From Dipteris shenzhenensis (lineage: Eukaryota), in assembly GCA_047967505.1 (NCBI GenBank), contig CM106538.1: a stretch of DNA of 64,000 nucleotides. One strand, written 5' to 3'. The translations under genes and the position numbers were made by a program. This document shows positions 40,170-53,660 of the stretch, piece after piece (within the stretch, counting starts at the first letter, position 1; each line of letters opens with the position of its first letter). The notes beneath the pieces are model-generated. The model was not told the DNA's origin. It worked only from the letters and a program-made list of their open reading frames with translations, and searched no databases.

Positions 40170-41190
40170 AGCCCTGTGTAAAAATAGTCTCCCAACTATT
40201 CTTCAAAAGGTCTTTGTGGTGCTGCAAGCCTTCGATACAAAATTTTAAATTTGTGTGCATAATCCTCCACTAATAAGTCTTTCTGCTTCATGTTGCAAAG
40301 CCTTTTAAGCACTACCTCCAATGTTTTTTCCTTCCAAAATCTTCCCAAGAAAGATCCCTTCAACTCATCATATGTAGTAAGAAAGATCCCTTCAACTCAT
40401 CATATGTAGCAAAAGTGTGGTAGCCCATACTGCATGAACCAGATCATTGCTCTCCCTTCTAGTGTGGCTGCAAACTGCTCCTTCTTTACTGCATCTGCTA
40501 AACCCTGGAAACCACTTGCAATCCATCGGGTCTCAAATTGCCCTACATGATTGTCAGGGTCTTGTCCTTTTTTCTGTTTGAACTTTGTAGCTTTTACCAG
40601 TGGATTTGGACTTGCCATGATGACAAGTGGTGGAGCAATTTGTCTCCTTAGTTGAGGTGGCAATGGATTGAACAAGTTTCTTCAAGTTGCAACACAAACT
40701 CTTGCTTCTACATAAGATCCATAGGTAGTTCTAATGAAAACTTATGATGGTGATGCTAGGGTCAAGTTTGGATTTGCTTCCTCCACTTCTAAATACTGTG
40801 AAGTCTAAGTAGAATTTGCAGAGGATCCTTCTCTACTTGGGACATATTTGACATCTTCACTGCTTTCTCAATCTTGTTGTTGTTGGAGGTCAGTTTGACT
40901 TGAGGCTTTGGACCTGACTCTTGCCTTGGTAAAATAGGTGTGGCTTCTTTAGGTAGAAGTCTTTTGTTCTCTTGTGTCTGACATTTGCTACTCGATCCTC
41001 CATGAAGGCAATGATCACCCTCAGTCAAAATTTGGTCTGATCTTCTTTTACGTACTATGTCTCACATTAGTTGCTTGTAGATTTCCCATCTTTCAGCTTC
41101 ATCTTGCTCTCTTTCTTCCTCATCTTGTCATCGCTTTGATTCCTTCCATCTCAAAGGCTTTTTTGATGTAGGACAACTCAAGGAAATCCC
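40170..41190 (-). pseudogene. gypsy-type gag remnant
   Basis: KFKQKKGQDPDNHV..FAATLEGRAMIWF; 32-bp tandem duplication 40347-40409. Confidence 0.7.
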
Positions 41191-41786
41191 CATGGCCTCT
41201 CAATACAATGATGCAAGAAAATATAGCATGAAAAATGATGTCACAAACTTGCTTTTTGCAACTTTATTCCTAAGTTCCTACTCATTGCCCTCACTTCGAC
41301 AAGCTACACAGCATCCCTACTATTTCCATTACTCCCAAGACTTCTCACCCTATGAGTGACCTCATAAACAACATTGCAAAATTTGCAAGAGTGGGTGGTG
41401 GCCAATGCAAGTGCATGTGTTAAAGAGTAATCATTAACACCCAACATAGTTGGATTGAGGAGCTTGGAGACATGGACAAGAGCATGCATCTACCCACCAT
41501 TTGTCATTATGGGTGATCAAGAAAGTGGCAAGATGAGTGTATTAGAGTTGTTCATAGGCATCCATCGCTCAAAGGTCATGGGATAGTGACTCATGTGCCA
41601 CTCATCTTAAGGCTGAAGCAAGAAGAGAAGTTCAAAATCACATTTGAGTATGATAAGAGGATGCAGTATATCAAGTAGAACACAAGCCCCCAAGCTCTAA
41701 TATATGCAATGGATGAGCTTGGTGGCAATGGAAGAGGGGTTGCAAATGAATCAATAATTGTGCATGTCAACAGGCTAGCAGCTCCT

Positions 41787-41921
41787 GATTTGAGGCTGAT
41801 CGATCTTCCAAGCATCACAAGAGTTCCTATGGAGGGGCAATAGAACAATATTACCGATTTGAGGCTGATCGATCTTCTAAGCACCACAAAAGTTCCTGTG
41901 GAGGGGCAATAAAACAATATT
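41787..41921. repeat. 69-bp tandem duplication
   Basis: GATTTGAGGCTGATCGATCTTC.. at 41787 and 41856. Confidence 0.85.
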
Positions 41922-42621
41922 CATGACATGATATTAAAGCTTATCCTCAGTACATCTTACTTGGGACACCCAAAGGACACCATCATTTGCAACATGCTTT
42001 TTGCAGCTGCAATAGATTTGTCCATCTATGAGTCAACTCAAATCACTTGCCACATTGAGAAGCTTCAGTATGCTAGTCCTTTTATTTCCATGGTACTATT
42101 CTTTTTCAATTTCATTTGCTTCTCAAAAATCCATACTAGCACGTGTTGAGCTTGGACACCATATTTCAAATAATGCAACTTTATATATTCCTTCCTAACT
42201 AGGTTACAAAACTCCAGCAAAGTGTTTGTGGGAGTGTAGTCATTTTGAGATTGAGACTCCTATGCACATGTCCAATTTGAGACCTTTTTCACTGTTAAAA
42301 TGCAAATGATGAGAGAGCTTAGCAAACTTATCAATTCCTTTCTTAAGGATCCAACAATTTAAATGCTGGAAAAGGGATGAAAGGCTAACCTTGGGAGCAC
42401 ACTCTCCTAGAGGAATACCAAGAGGTCATATTAGAAATCCAAAGAATCACTATTACAGAATTGTATTTTTTATATTTCTTGCTATGGGAATTATTTTATT
42501 TTAGTCAAGTGTGACTATGGCAAAGTATTCCATAGGAGCGCACCAAACATGGCGGGGGTCCTAGTGGATGGTTTGTAGGGTTTAGTTGGGACTCCTAACT
42601 ATCTATGTTTTGCCAAGCTAG

Positions 42622-43112
42622 ATGGTTAGTATTGTGGGTAATTCGATGTTAATATTAATGTCACTAGTGTTACTAGTATTATTGCAATTGGTGACAAGGT
42701 GTGTATTTTGACGTATGTATATCAAGTATACAATTGTGTTTGGGATTAGTTGATGTGATGATTCATCAATTAATTGTAACAACTAACACAATTGGCAGCT
42801 TGAGGATAGATGATGAGTTGGATTATGAGGAATGGAGATGGTGAAGGTGATTTGGATTCATCAAAGTATCGAATGCTCATCAAATGGTTGCCAAAGGCCA
42901 TGGGTCATATTGTAAAGTAATGAATATTAAGTCATGGGCTAATTTATTTTATTAATTGTGGACGAGGGCATATTAAGCCTTGTGATATTTTGAGCTCATG
43001 GAGCTATGTTGAGCAATCCCTCTAATTGTGGACAAGAGATGCTTTTGGATGTACTATCATTGGTTCTTTGCTTTTTGGAATTACAATTATAAATACTCTA
43101 GATGAAAAGCAA
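42622..43112 (+). repeat. LTR-like fragment, inverted copy of 46450-46921
   Basis: Reverse-complement match over ~480 bp including TATAAATA. Confidence 0.8.
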
Positions 43113-43571
43113 GTCATAGCTTGCTTGAGTAGATGCCAATCCTAGCTTAATTGTAGATAACAAAATTATTATTGTGTGATACATATGGTATGCTTCAATA
43201 AAGTGTTGTTAAAGTGAATTGAATTGGATAAAATTAAAGGAAAGAAAAAGCATATGACATTTTTGCTAAGCAAGAGGGAAGGCATTATTGTTTGCTATGG
43301 CAAGCTTTTTGCTCTGATAATTTCTTTACAAAATTGCTTTTATAGATAATGAAAAATAGCTGATATGTTAGATAATATCTTCTATGTATTTTCTAGTAGC
43401 TGAAGAAAACACATATTGGATCATTACCAGCTACCAAGTTAAATCAGAAATGTGTGATTAGACAATGGCATACATATACCCTTCTGCTGATCACAGAATA
43501 GTATATGTCACCTGAACATTACTACTCGCATCATAAGGAAAAAGTATTATGCTTTGTATTTGTTATTGATT

Positions 43572-43927
43572 TCAATATCATACTGGAATGGGACAGTATA
43601 GATATTGAGTAATATGACAAATATAATGCTTGGACCTATACCAAAATAACATAAGGATTGAATGGATGTAGTATAGTACTTTCTATTGGTATAGGATAAG
43701 AATAAAAATCATCTTTCATAAGTTTTGAATTGGCTAAATTCATTATCTCTCAATATCATATTGGTATGGGAGGGTATAGATATTGAGTAATATGATAAAT
43801 ATAATGCTTAAACCTATACCAAAATAACATAAGGAATGAATGGATGCAATAGAGTACCTTCTCTTGGTACAGGATAAGAATAAAAATAATCTTTCATAAG
43901 TTTTGAATTCGCTAAATTCATTATCTC
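43572..43927. repeat. 178-bp tandem duplication
   Basis: TCAATATCATA..TAAATTCATTATCTC at 43572 and 43750. Confidence 0.85.
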
Positions 43928-46069
43928 TTGGTTAATGAGAGCTTAAGATCTCTTGAAGAAATTTTTTGACCATGCTCCATAAGGGTAGATTTGTCTATGG
44001 AGAAAGTGGAGTAGACTCCTATGATTCTACCTCTAGAGGTGGTTGATGCTTTGGGGTGTAGATTAAATCTCCTCTGGTTAAATTGCAAGGCACTTCCCAA
44101 TGGTATCAATTGAATGGTCTCGACCGTAAATGCATGTAGATCCATCTTTGTATATGCTGACATTAAGTGATCTGAGCTAAATTCAAAATTTTGGTTGAAG
44201 AGTTACATGCAATTGTAGGAAACCCTCCACACATAGATGTGGCCATCCTTTTGAGGGATATGAGTACAATTTAAAAATTTGGTTGAGGAGCAAGATCTAG
44301 TTGCAGAAAACTCTCCACCCATAGGTGTGGCCATCCTTTACTCCACTACTTTGTGTCTTATGAGCTCCATTTTGTCTAGCAAATCACCATCCTATTGCAT
44401 GATTGCATCAATTGTAGATATCAATTTTCTTGAGGCTTGCCCATCATAACAAACTAAATATGTGCATTACATAGGATACAAAAGACAAAAGTTACAACAC
44501 ATTAAGTGTACAACACTTATTGTTTCATAGTGCCATGATAGCCTACAATTGAATTGATAAAAAAATATCACTTGGCTTGAATGCCTAGAACTAATAAATT
44601 CCAATGTGAGTTCACACATCATCCAAATTTATAGGCTGCAACCAATTATAAACATCCTAAATTGAATTTTTGTTATTGCTAAGAAGTGTAGAACAAAGGG
44701 AATTGAGCATATATACACTACTTTATACTAATCTAGGAAACTGTGATATAACGATACTACACTAAAAAATAAGTGAAAATTATCTCATTAGATTCAATCA
44801 AGATACTGAAGCATCAAGCCAATAAAAACTTTGTATCAAACCTAAGGAAGGCCATCATTACTTTGTCATTAACCTCTTTCTTACGGTTGGATAGGATTAA
44901 AATCTGCTCTCTACCAAATGGAAAATACTGAGATTGTTTTTTAATGACAACATAACATCAAATGAGCTTCCCATTTGCTTGAATGCAACCACATTTGTAG
45001 AATTGATCTAGATGATAGCCAACCTCCTATCTTTTTCTCTTCTCCTCTCTTCCTCTTCATGCCTCCTCAATTTATTTGAGCTTACAATAGACTAGGACTT
45101 AGTGATTTTTTATGCTTCATTTGAGTCTCTATATAATCCTAAACTAACTCTAATGACTATATTCTAATCCAAGTATAATTCTAACTAAATATATTTAACT
45201 TAACTAGCTATATACTAACTAAGTAATTTAAATATATTTAAATTAAATATGCAGTATGACCCGTCTATGGTGGGTTAGGGACCATCTCTATCAAATCTCA
45301 AGGTCAAGATCATAGGTTGCCCAAGGTGGCAGCACCTTGCAACTCTCTATATGCTTTATCATGGTTTGATTTTGTAGATCATCTGATATAATACCAATGC
45401 AAATTCTCTATTGAAGCAAGCTCACAATTGGAGTTAGTAGCCATGGATACACCACCTCTTTGTCTGCATGCTTTGGCTCTCCCCTTCCCTGCTTAGATTG
45501 CATCCATCCAATGCTCCACCTCTCCTTCCCCTCTCCGTCCTTCTCTCCTCACATGGCTGCTTCATTACCTTAGGTTTACAATACCTACTTTCATTATGCT
45601 ATGTAATTGTTCCTCAAGTGAGTGCATTGGAGACATTCGGCAAAGGCATTGATTGGCCCTTCCTCCAAGGAATTCTTGCATGCTCAGTAAAGGCTTTGAT
45701 TAGCCCTTTTGTGGAATAGTAGGTAGGTTTATCAAGCCTTGTCTAAACGGCTTGTTGATTGCTTCTTGTTTTGGATCATTTGTGGCCAAAAGGAAGCTTT
45801 AAACATCAGCCAATTCCTATGAAGTACGCTCTTATTCTTTTGGGAAATCCCACCATCACATGCTCAAACTGGACATCCTTCCCATACATCCCCCTTTGAC
45901 CTCCCAAACATTTGTTTCCCTTCTCAATTCTTTCTAAGCATGCTCTTATTCTTATGAGAAATCTGACCTTCAAATGGTCAAATCCGATAGTCCTTTCTCT
46001 ACATCTTCCTTTTACCTCCCCAACATTTGTATCCTTTCTTGATGAGCTCTTGTTGTTGTGCCATGCCAT

Positions 46070-46921
46070 CTAAGACTTGGAAAAGGGCCCAAATGAAAGA
46101 ATTGAGGTGAAGAAGCTCCCTGTTGACCTAGGCACTACTCTCATCATATTCATCATCAATTCTTTCTTTCCCTGGATGCAAGATATATTCATATTCATCA
46201 TCATCAATTCTTTCTTTCTTTCTCTTCATATTCATCATCACCAATTCTTTCTTTCCTTGGATGCAAGATATTGCAAAAAAACTAGGCTTAGCAAGGGTGA
46301 TTGTTATGAAAATTAAAATTAAACATGATCACAAATTCATGATTTACCAAAACCATAGAAATCAAGAACAAGGAAACAAGTGGGGGAGAGAAGAGAAAGA
46401 GAGAGAGACACTACATGGGGTCCAATTTGTTCCCCCTAGATGGTGGCTATTGCTTCCCACATCTAGAGTATTTATAATTGTAATTCCAAAAATCAAAGAA
46501 CCAATAATAGTACATCCAAAAGCATCTCTTGTCCATAATTAAAGGGATTGCTCAACATAACTCCACGAGCTCAAAATATCACAAGGCTTAATATGCCTTC
46601 ATCCAAATAAATTAGCCAACGGCTTATTATTCATTACTTTACAATATGGCCCATGGCCTTTGGCAACCATTTGATACTTCGATCAATCCAAATCACCTTC
46701 ACCATCTCTGCTCATTGTTATCTAATGCATCATCTGTACTCAAGCCACCAATTGTGTTAGTTGTTACAATTAATTAATGAATCATTACACCAACTAATCC
46801 CAACGCAATTGTATGCTTGATATACAAACATCAAAATACACACCTTGTGACCAATTGCAATAATACCAGTAACACTAGTGACATTAATATTAATGTGGAA
46901 TCACCCACAATACTAACCATG
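46070..46921 (-). repeat. LTR-like remnant
   Basis: TATA followed by a CT-rich tract on the minus strand; partner of 42622-43112. Confidence 0.65.
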
Positions 46922-47865
46922 TTTTCATGATGTTTACTTCATGTGTTTTTATTTAATTATTGAATATGTCATGATGTATTTTTTCACTTGCATAAAATGT
47001 CTCAAATGCATATAACTGTATTTAATCCCTCCTAATGGACTTTTATCATTAAATTAAGCGTTATTATATTAAATGTACGATTTATTATATCAGATATGTC
47101 ATGATCTCTTATTAAATTTTATTAAATATCTCATGTTTTTTTAATATATCTGATTATAGTAAATTTCTACTCATGAATTTTTACAATTATATTAAGTATC
47201 TCATGATGCTCTTTTTTAAGTTGCATTATATTAAATGACTTATGATGATGTTTAAGTTTCCTAGAGAGATATTTAAGTAGGGGAATATATGATTGCCTTC
47301 ATAGTATTTAATGGTTATAATATGCTAGATGAAGAGGATATGAAAGTCTCTATAAGATGTTACCTTGTATCTCCTCAAAAAATGAATCCAATCCAACCCG
47401 AACCACTTGCAAACAAGAGCTAATTTTGAGGACAAAATTCACATAATCACTCTAAGTGCTTGCTACATCTTGAGTGACACCAGCGAGAGAGGGACCCTAC
47501 TCAATTGTTTTTACATTTGTATTTGTGATAAATTAAGCTTAATTTATGGGTTTGGAGGCGGGAGATGACGTTGGGTAAGCCTGAGAGGAAGGTAGCAAGG
47601 GAGAGGGTGGCGAATGAAGGCAGAGAAGGGAGGGAGAGAGACAAGGTAAAGAGTGAGAGAGAGGCACCCAAAATGGAGGATGGGAGGGAAGATATAAGGG
47701 AGGCAAGGCATTTCGAGAGGAGTCCAAAACCCTCTATTTTTGCTTACCTTTGCTTACCTTAAATTTTCATTGTCCTTGCATTATATAGCTTAATATTTCC
47801 CTGCATGGGGAAACTCAAATAAAACTCATGGGGGGGCCTACTTGCATGTGTGTGTATGTGTTTTA

Positions 47866-50800
47866 TGTGTGTGTGTGTGTGTGTTACCTAATAGAACAAT
47901 AAAATCTATATGTCCCTTACTAGAATCATTTGGCTCATAATTACATAAATGCCCTTTCATTTGTGCAACTTCAATCCCATGTAATTCATTCAGCCAATGC
48001 TATAGTTCATATCAGTAAATCAAAAAATGCTTAAGGAAATCCTCAAGTCAAAGTTCATTATACTGTATTAACGCCATTTCAGCCCAACTATTATCAACAG
48101 AATTCTGCAAAAAGAAATTTATGTTTGTCATATATATATATCTTAATCAAAATTGCTAATTTGGCTAATCATACTGTATATAACTGTCTCCTTGTCCTGT
48201 TTTTGTATTACAGGCATTACAGTGGATAATCTTCCCCTTACTCATGTATATCGAGCAGGGGCTCCCCCACAAAAATAATCATAAGGGGTGTCAAGATGGA
48301 ATCAAAAGTCGGCTCCATTTGATAGTCACTACTGTCTTTTGGAAAATCGTGGAGTGGACCGGCGGTCTTATAAGCCAGTGTGTCAGTATCCTCCTTTTTT
48401 TTTCAACCAAAACACCGAGATAAGTAGCTGGACTCACCTACATCCATCCACAAGCATCGCATGTTAGGACATGAATTCAATGCAATGTGGGACTATAGGC
48501 TTGAAGGCCCAACCACGGTTGTTATCCTTGTCAAACTCAGCAATTTCTAAAAATGGAGCAATAGTAGTGGTTACTAAGGGTGGCCAAGGTTATAGCTGAG
48601 AAATGGTGTTGCAATAAGATGAGTGTGATTAACAGAGTAGCAGTGAGTTCTTTAGTATTATTAGTCCTCAGAAATTTTACAGAAAAGTTCTCATGAAATG
48701 TGCTAAGTTAGAGATAGACATTATCCATAAGTGTAACAGTAGCAGTAGTAAATTATAGAATTACAGCAAGTGTCTCAATTAAATGGGAGACCATTTTATT
48801 TCTCATGTATTCAATGTAAACAGATATATGTAGCTGGTCTCCTAGTCCAAGAAAGCTTAATCCATACACAAGTGTATCATCAGTTGTCTCAAATTGTTTT
48901 AAGAGCTTGCCTATCCCTAGTTAACTTGGGGAATGAGGGACTCGTCTTATCCATTACTCTCTAAGTCTCATGCATTTGAGAGTGTATACAATTTGGTTTT
49001 TTCCTAGTAAAGCAAATACCCCTTCATATACTACTAAAACAAGTATTCAAAGGGGTTGTTCGAGTACTCCTAGTGTCTGCAGTATCAGATCCGTGTAACT
49101 CAATTGTATTGAGTGAGTCATGTGCTAAAACCGCTGAGTAGAGATGCTACATGCTTCTTCTAAAATAGTAACAACATCTTGAGGCTAATAGGTGGCGTTG
49201 TAGGTATCGAGCTGCTACCCAGCTTTCTGAGCCATGCTGTTCTTGCAACTCCACTTTAAATAGTCGTGGAGAGCAACTCCCTTTTGGAGCTCGGGCTTAC
49301 AAGCTGACCCTATACTCATCAAGGGAGTATAGCATCGAGATCCCGGGCTTTAGGGTTATGCATCTGGTATTGGGCTCCTCCTCGTTGCCCACCATAGTGA
49401 TGGCCATAGTTTTTTGGGCTCAGGCATATATAGCGAACCTGGATGTGGGTTTAAGGGGTACAGTTCCATTGCTCCAACCCAATAATGTATCCTCGTGTTC
49501 AAGTGAACAATCAACATGTAATCTCACTCCCATGGTGTCTAGGGAGCTTGGTGTTTGGTGATAATCTCTTTACACTATCTATCCTTCGTATATAATTGAA
49601 ACAAATCAATACAACAAAGTGCGCAGGGCGTTCAAAGTTTCATGAGTTTTTATATATTTCCTAGTTACTCACCTCTATTGCGAGCAAGCAGCTTCCAAAA
49701 GTATGCGTAACCAACTCACGTAAACGTTGATTTTGGATGCATGCAACAAACTGCAGGTAAATGTAAGTGGCACGTAGAAAGAAATCGAACTCCCAAGACC
49801 GAGAAGGTTCATTTCTACCCATTGGCACTTTGCAAACAAGTGTTGCAAAATCCTTTGGTTGCTGAATCTCTTCTGTTCCATTGTGTGTGGAGTTTCTGTC
49901 GTCAACCCTACAGTCCAGGAGTTGAACGTGGCAGGTCATTAGCGTATGGAGCCTCCCAAGTCATCAGCTCATCGAGTCTCCTCGGTCATCAGCTCATGGA
50001 GCCTCCCGAGCTCCCTTTGCTTCTCCTTATTGCTATGCGAGATAAGAGTCAATTACGGATCGTTTGTCAGTGTATTAGGAATGCCAGATACCTGTCTGTA
50101 TGTCACCCCTCCTAGAGAGAGGTGCATATTGCTGAGGAGCCATGTGTTTATTGCAATCAGTTCTTGTTTTGATGCTGAGGTGGTATGTCGTGGTCTATTG
50201 TCCCACCAATCAGCTTCTTTTCTTTTTCGAGGGAAAATGAACTCTTTTTCTAAAAAAGAGAAGGCAAGTGAAATCACTAGTTCCATCACTTAAATGGGGC
50301 CTGTTTCTCCTTCCAGGGGGATGTTCTCAAAACATTTGCCAATGTCAGCTGAGAATATGCATGTTATGGAGTCTCACAGGTTTATTTTTTTATCATATAT
50401 TGATTTGACTATCCAAAAGGCTTTTGAAGGGATGTTCGCTTTTGAAGGGATGTTCAGATCGTCCTTGATTGCTTCCTGTAGGCTTGCACTAGCAACCATA
50501 AGGGGTTCTAGGCATGCTTGTAGTGAAGATGCTATGAATCTGGCTATTTCTAAGAAGACACATGCATGGGCATTTGTTATCCACCTAAAGGAGTTTTTGT
50601 GTGCTTTGTATGTGCACATCAAGTAGGGCAAGAGTGTTTCTCAATAAGTGGACATATCTAGAAGGATAAGATGCCCTTTGCTAGTCGATCAAGGGAGTTC
50701 TCATGTTCGATTTGGATAAAGTCTGGGCTGTGTAGCCTCTCATATGCTAGGGAGAAGGCCAGTTTTGTGCATATGAATGCTGGTGTGGATGCTGATTTAT

Positions 50801-53061
50801 CTATGGAGTTGACTAGGACATTGGATACAATCTGGTATGCACCTCTAGAGTGTATGAAAAGGTTAAGTTTTCCACTCTTGTAAGTGATTTGGATGCAATC
50901 AAGTGCTCCAAGAAGCTTCTTGCAAATGTTTCAAAAGGTCCCTTTAGTTTTTGAAATATATTCTCTCTTGGGATATGGTTCAAACCTTTTTGCAGCTCAT
51001 TGCAAAGCTGTTCATTTTTAACTAGGCCTATATCCAGTGTTACCACGTGGTTCCAGTTGTTGTCTCTAAAGGCTACCATGTCAACTTCATGGCAATGGCA
51101 AGATATGTTCCCTTTATCCCTAAAGTATAACCATGGCTTCATTAATTTTGCTCCCAAGTTGTCCTTAAATGACTAGCTAATAGACACATTCATTATGAAT
51201 GTTTAAGGCATTGGTAAATTGTGGTCCAAAAAGAATTCAAAAAGCCGCTTTTTTATTGAAAAATAGTCAAGAAGGGGGTTATCAAATTCCAAGGTTATGA
51301 ATCCTTTATTTTCTTTCGAGCGATGAGTGATTAAAGTAAGCTCTCCACGAGGAAGGTAAACAAAGCTTTTTAGGGGGGAGTTGCATACCTGCAAAACATC
51401 AATCTTTTTCATCATAGAGAAGGTGCTTGACTGGTAACTTTACATTGCTATCTTGTGTAAATGACATTGTCTTTCCACCCCTCATAATCTTTGAAGGCCC
51501 TACTTGAGATTCTCTAGTGTCTAGGTGGACTGATCTTTCTGCACTGTTCTGCCATTTAATTTGCTTTGGGGTATGTGATTGGATTGGTTGTGATTTTCTG
51601 GCTCTCCCATAGCCCATTCCACCACGTGACTGAAATCTACCCTATTTCAAGGAGCTGGTTGCTCTATGGCTACTTGTGTCTTGCCCTCTTACAATTCTTT
51701 CACCATAAGAACAGATCCCTGGGAGGGGTGTGGGAGCAAGGGTAAGGAAGGGCTCTTCTCTAAATTATGTACTGCTGTAAGCATCAGCTCTCTCATGTAC
51801 ATGAATGTAATGGAGGCTTTCCCAAATAATATCATATCGGGGGTCTTCATAAATAATAGAAAGGAGTTAAATGCTGCCTTCAATGGTCCGCCAGGATAGA
51901 AGGTAACCAAGTTATTGACGATGAACCAAATGGCATGGTCGAACTAGAGTGGTTGGGCTTTGCAATCCATTATTTCTTCATTGCATCTGCATTTTATATA
52001 TGGCCTGCCCATGTTAAAGATGTCATTGACGTACTTCAGAGTTCTCCTTTTTGCTTCATTAATCCTACTCTTGCATCTACCAAAGAATCCTACCAGGGAT
52101 GGGCATCTGTCGGATGCAAACATAGCCATGGGAAAGAAGCTGGCCAATGTGTGGCTATATACAATGTGGATATCAAAATTCTGAGCTGCATGTTTTGCTT
52201 CCGATTTGATACTCGTAGTGGTCTGTATTAAATCTATGAGGAACAACCAAGTGTCAATGTGGAATGGGGCCAAGAGATTCATATCATGCACATCCCATAC
52301 TTTGTTATCATGTGCCATAAGCTCCGCTTCTAGCACTCTGAGTGGGAATAATGGGTTTGTATATGTGGGGCAAGAGCTTTTCCTAGTATTTGTCATAGGT
52401 ATCACCATCAGATCTGAGAAGATCTTGTCTTGATCATCTTGAGAAAGTCCCTCCATATTGCAGAAACTATGTTGGAGGGTAGAAAGCAGATTTTGTGGAG
52501 GAATAAAGCATTTGAGACCCATATTTTCTGTAGACACCGGGAGGACTAGGGGGGCAGATTGAAATTGAGGAAGAGACTCCTCATAGTGTTTGGGGATGAT
52601 TCCAGGAAGTCCAAGAGGGCCTTGTTGTCTTCATGGATGATTTGATCCAATGATGCATGGAGTTTCTTTATGAGTGCTATTGACTCCTCTATTTTCCCTT
52701 TGCTGAGTATCAAGACTTTGCACCAGTCATTGAAAGACAGCTGCATTATTAGAAGTCTCCCTAAGTCTGGGTGATCCTTTAGCTCTTGTGTGTCCAACCA
52801 AATAATGGTCTCATGGAGCCCCCTTTGATGGAACATGGTCATGATAGATTGGCAAGCTTGAGATGGGGCTGGTAATGGATCCTCGTAACCAACTTTGGTG
52901 AGGTCCGTGAACCAAACGGGTGCCTGGGGGAGAGAGAGAAACAAACCCATTAAGTTAGGATCTTTGTAATCCTGACGAGCGTATTACGATGTGTGTTGCC
53001 TAATAGAACAATAAAATCTATATCTCCCTTACTACAATCCTTTGAATCATAATTACATAAA
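47866..53061 (-). mobile_element. Penelope-like retroelement (Chlamys/Naiad-type) with pseudo-LTR-like direct repeat
   Basis: ~72-bp direct repeat 47878-47949 / 52990-53061, (CA)n at 3' end, PLE-type RT ORF inside. Confidence 0.65.
50075..52950 (-). pseudogene. Penelope-like reverse transcriptase ORF, 3'-truncated
   Basis: CHC..HVVTLDIGLVKNEQL..KGLNHIP, IDKSASTPAFIC, PYLMCTYKAHKNSFRWI, ADIGKCFENIP, YRQVSGIP; motif C absent. Confidence 0.8.
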
Positions 53062-53660
53062 ACACACTATTCAAAATTTTTGGACTTGTGTAAAGTCCAA
53101 TTTGAGAAATGGACTAAAAAACAGTCCAAAATTTTTGAATATACTAGTAATGTTGTTTTTTGAACTAGATTTGACAATTCCAAACAATAGATTTGGTGAT
53201 TAAGTACTAAGAACATAAATGCATAACCAAATCTCTTACAGAGGTGGTCTACATAAACATCTTCATAACTTCTTATGAATTGAGCTACTATCACCTAAGA
53301 ACATCAATAGATGACCAATTCTCTTAGAAAGGTGGTGTAAATAAACACCTTTATGTATAAGTGGTGTGCACACACCTTTATGACCATTTCTTTTAGAAAG
53401 GTGGTGTACATAAACCCCTTACAAAGGTAGTGTACATAGATCCTTTTATGTGTAAGTGGTGTACATATACGCCTCACTTGGTATTAAAAAACACCCTTAA
53501 CTATAAAAATACATTGACATAAAGTTTAAAATACACCATTAAGTATAAAATGGACCTCATAAACAATCTTTATACACAATAATGAGAGTAAAGAAATAAA
53601 AAAAGTAGCTAACTTTTTATTAGATATTTGCTTTACATAGAAGTTCAAAACTTGCGAAGT

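Noticed and set aside
44760-44780. CACTAAAAAA as a CACTA terminus
   Set aside because: No partner TIR, TSD or subterminal repeats
49945-50008. Hammerhead ribozyme (CTGATGA twice on minus)
   Set aside because: No GAAA after the putative stem II
52965-52992. CTGACGAG hammerhead core at the PLE 5' end
   Set aside because: Antisense to the ORF and lacks GAAA and stem III
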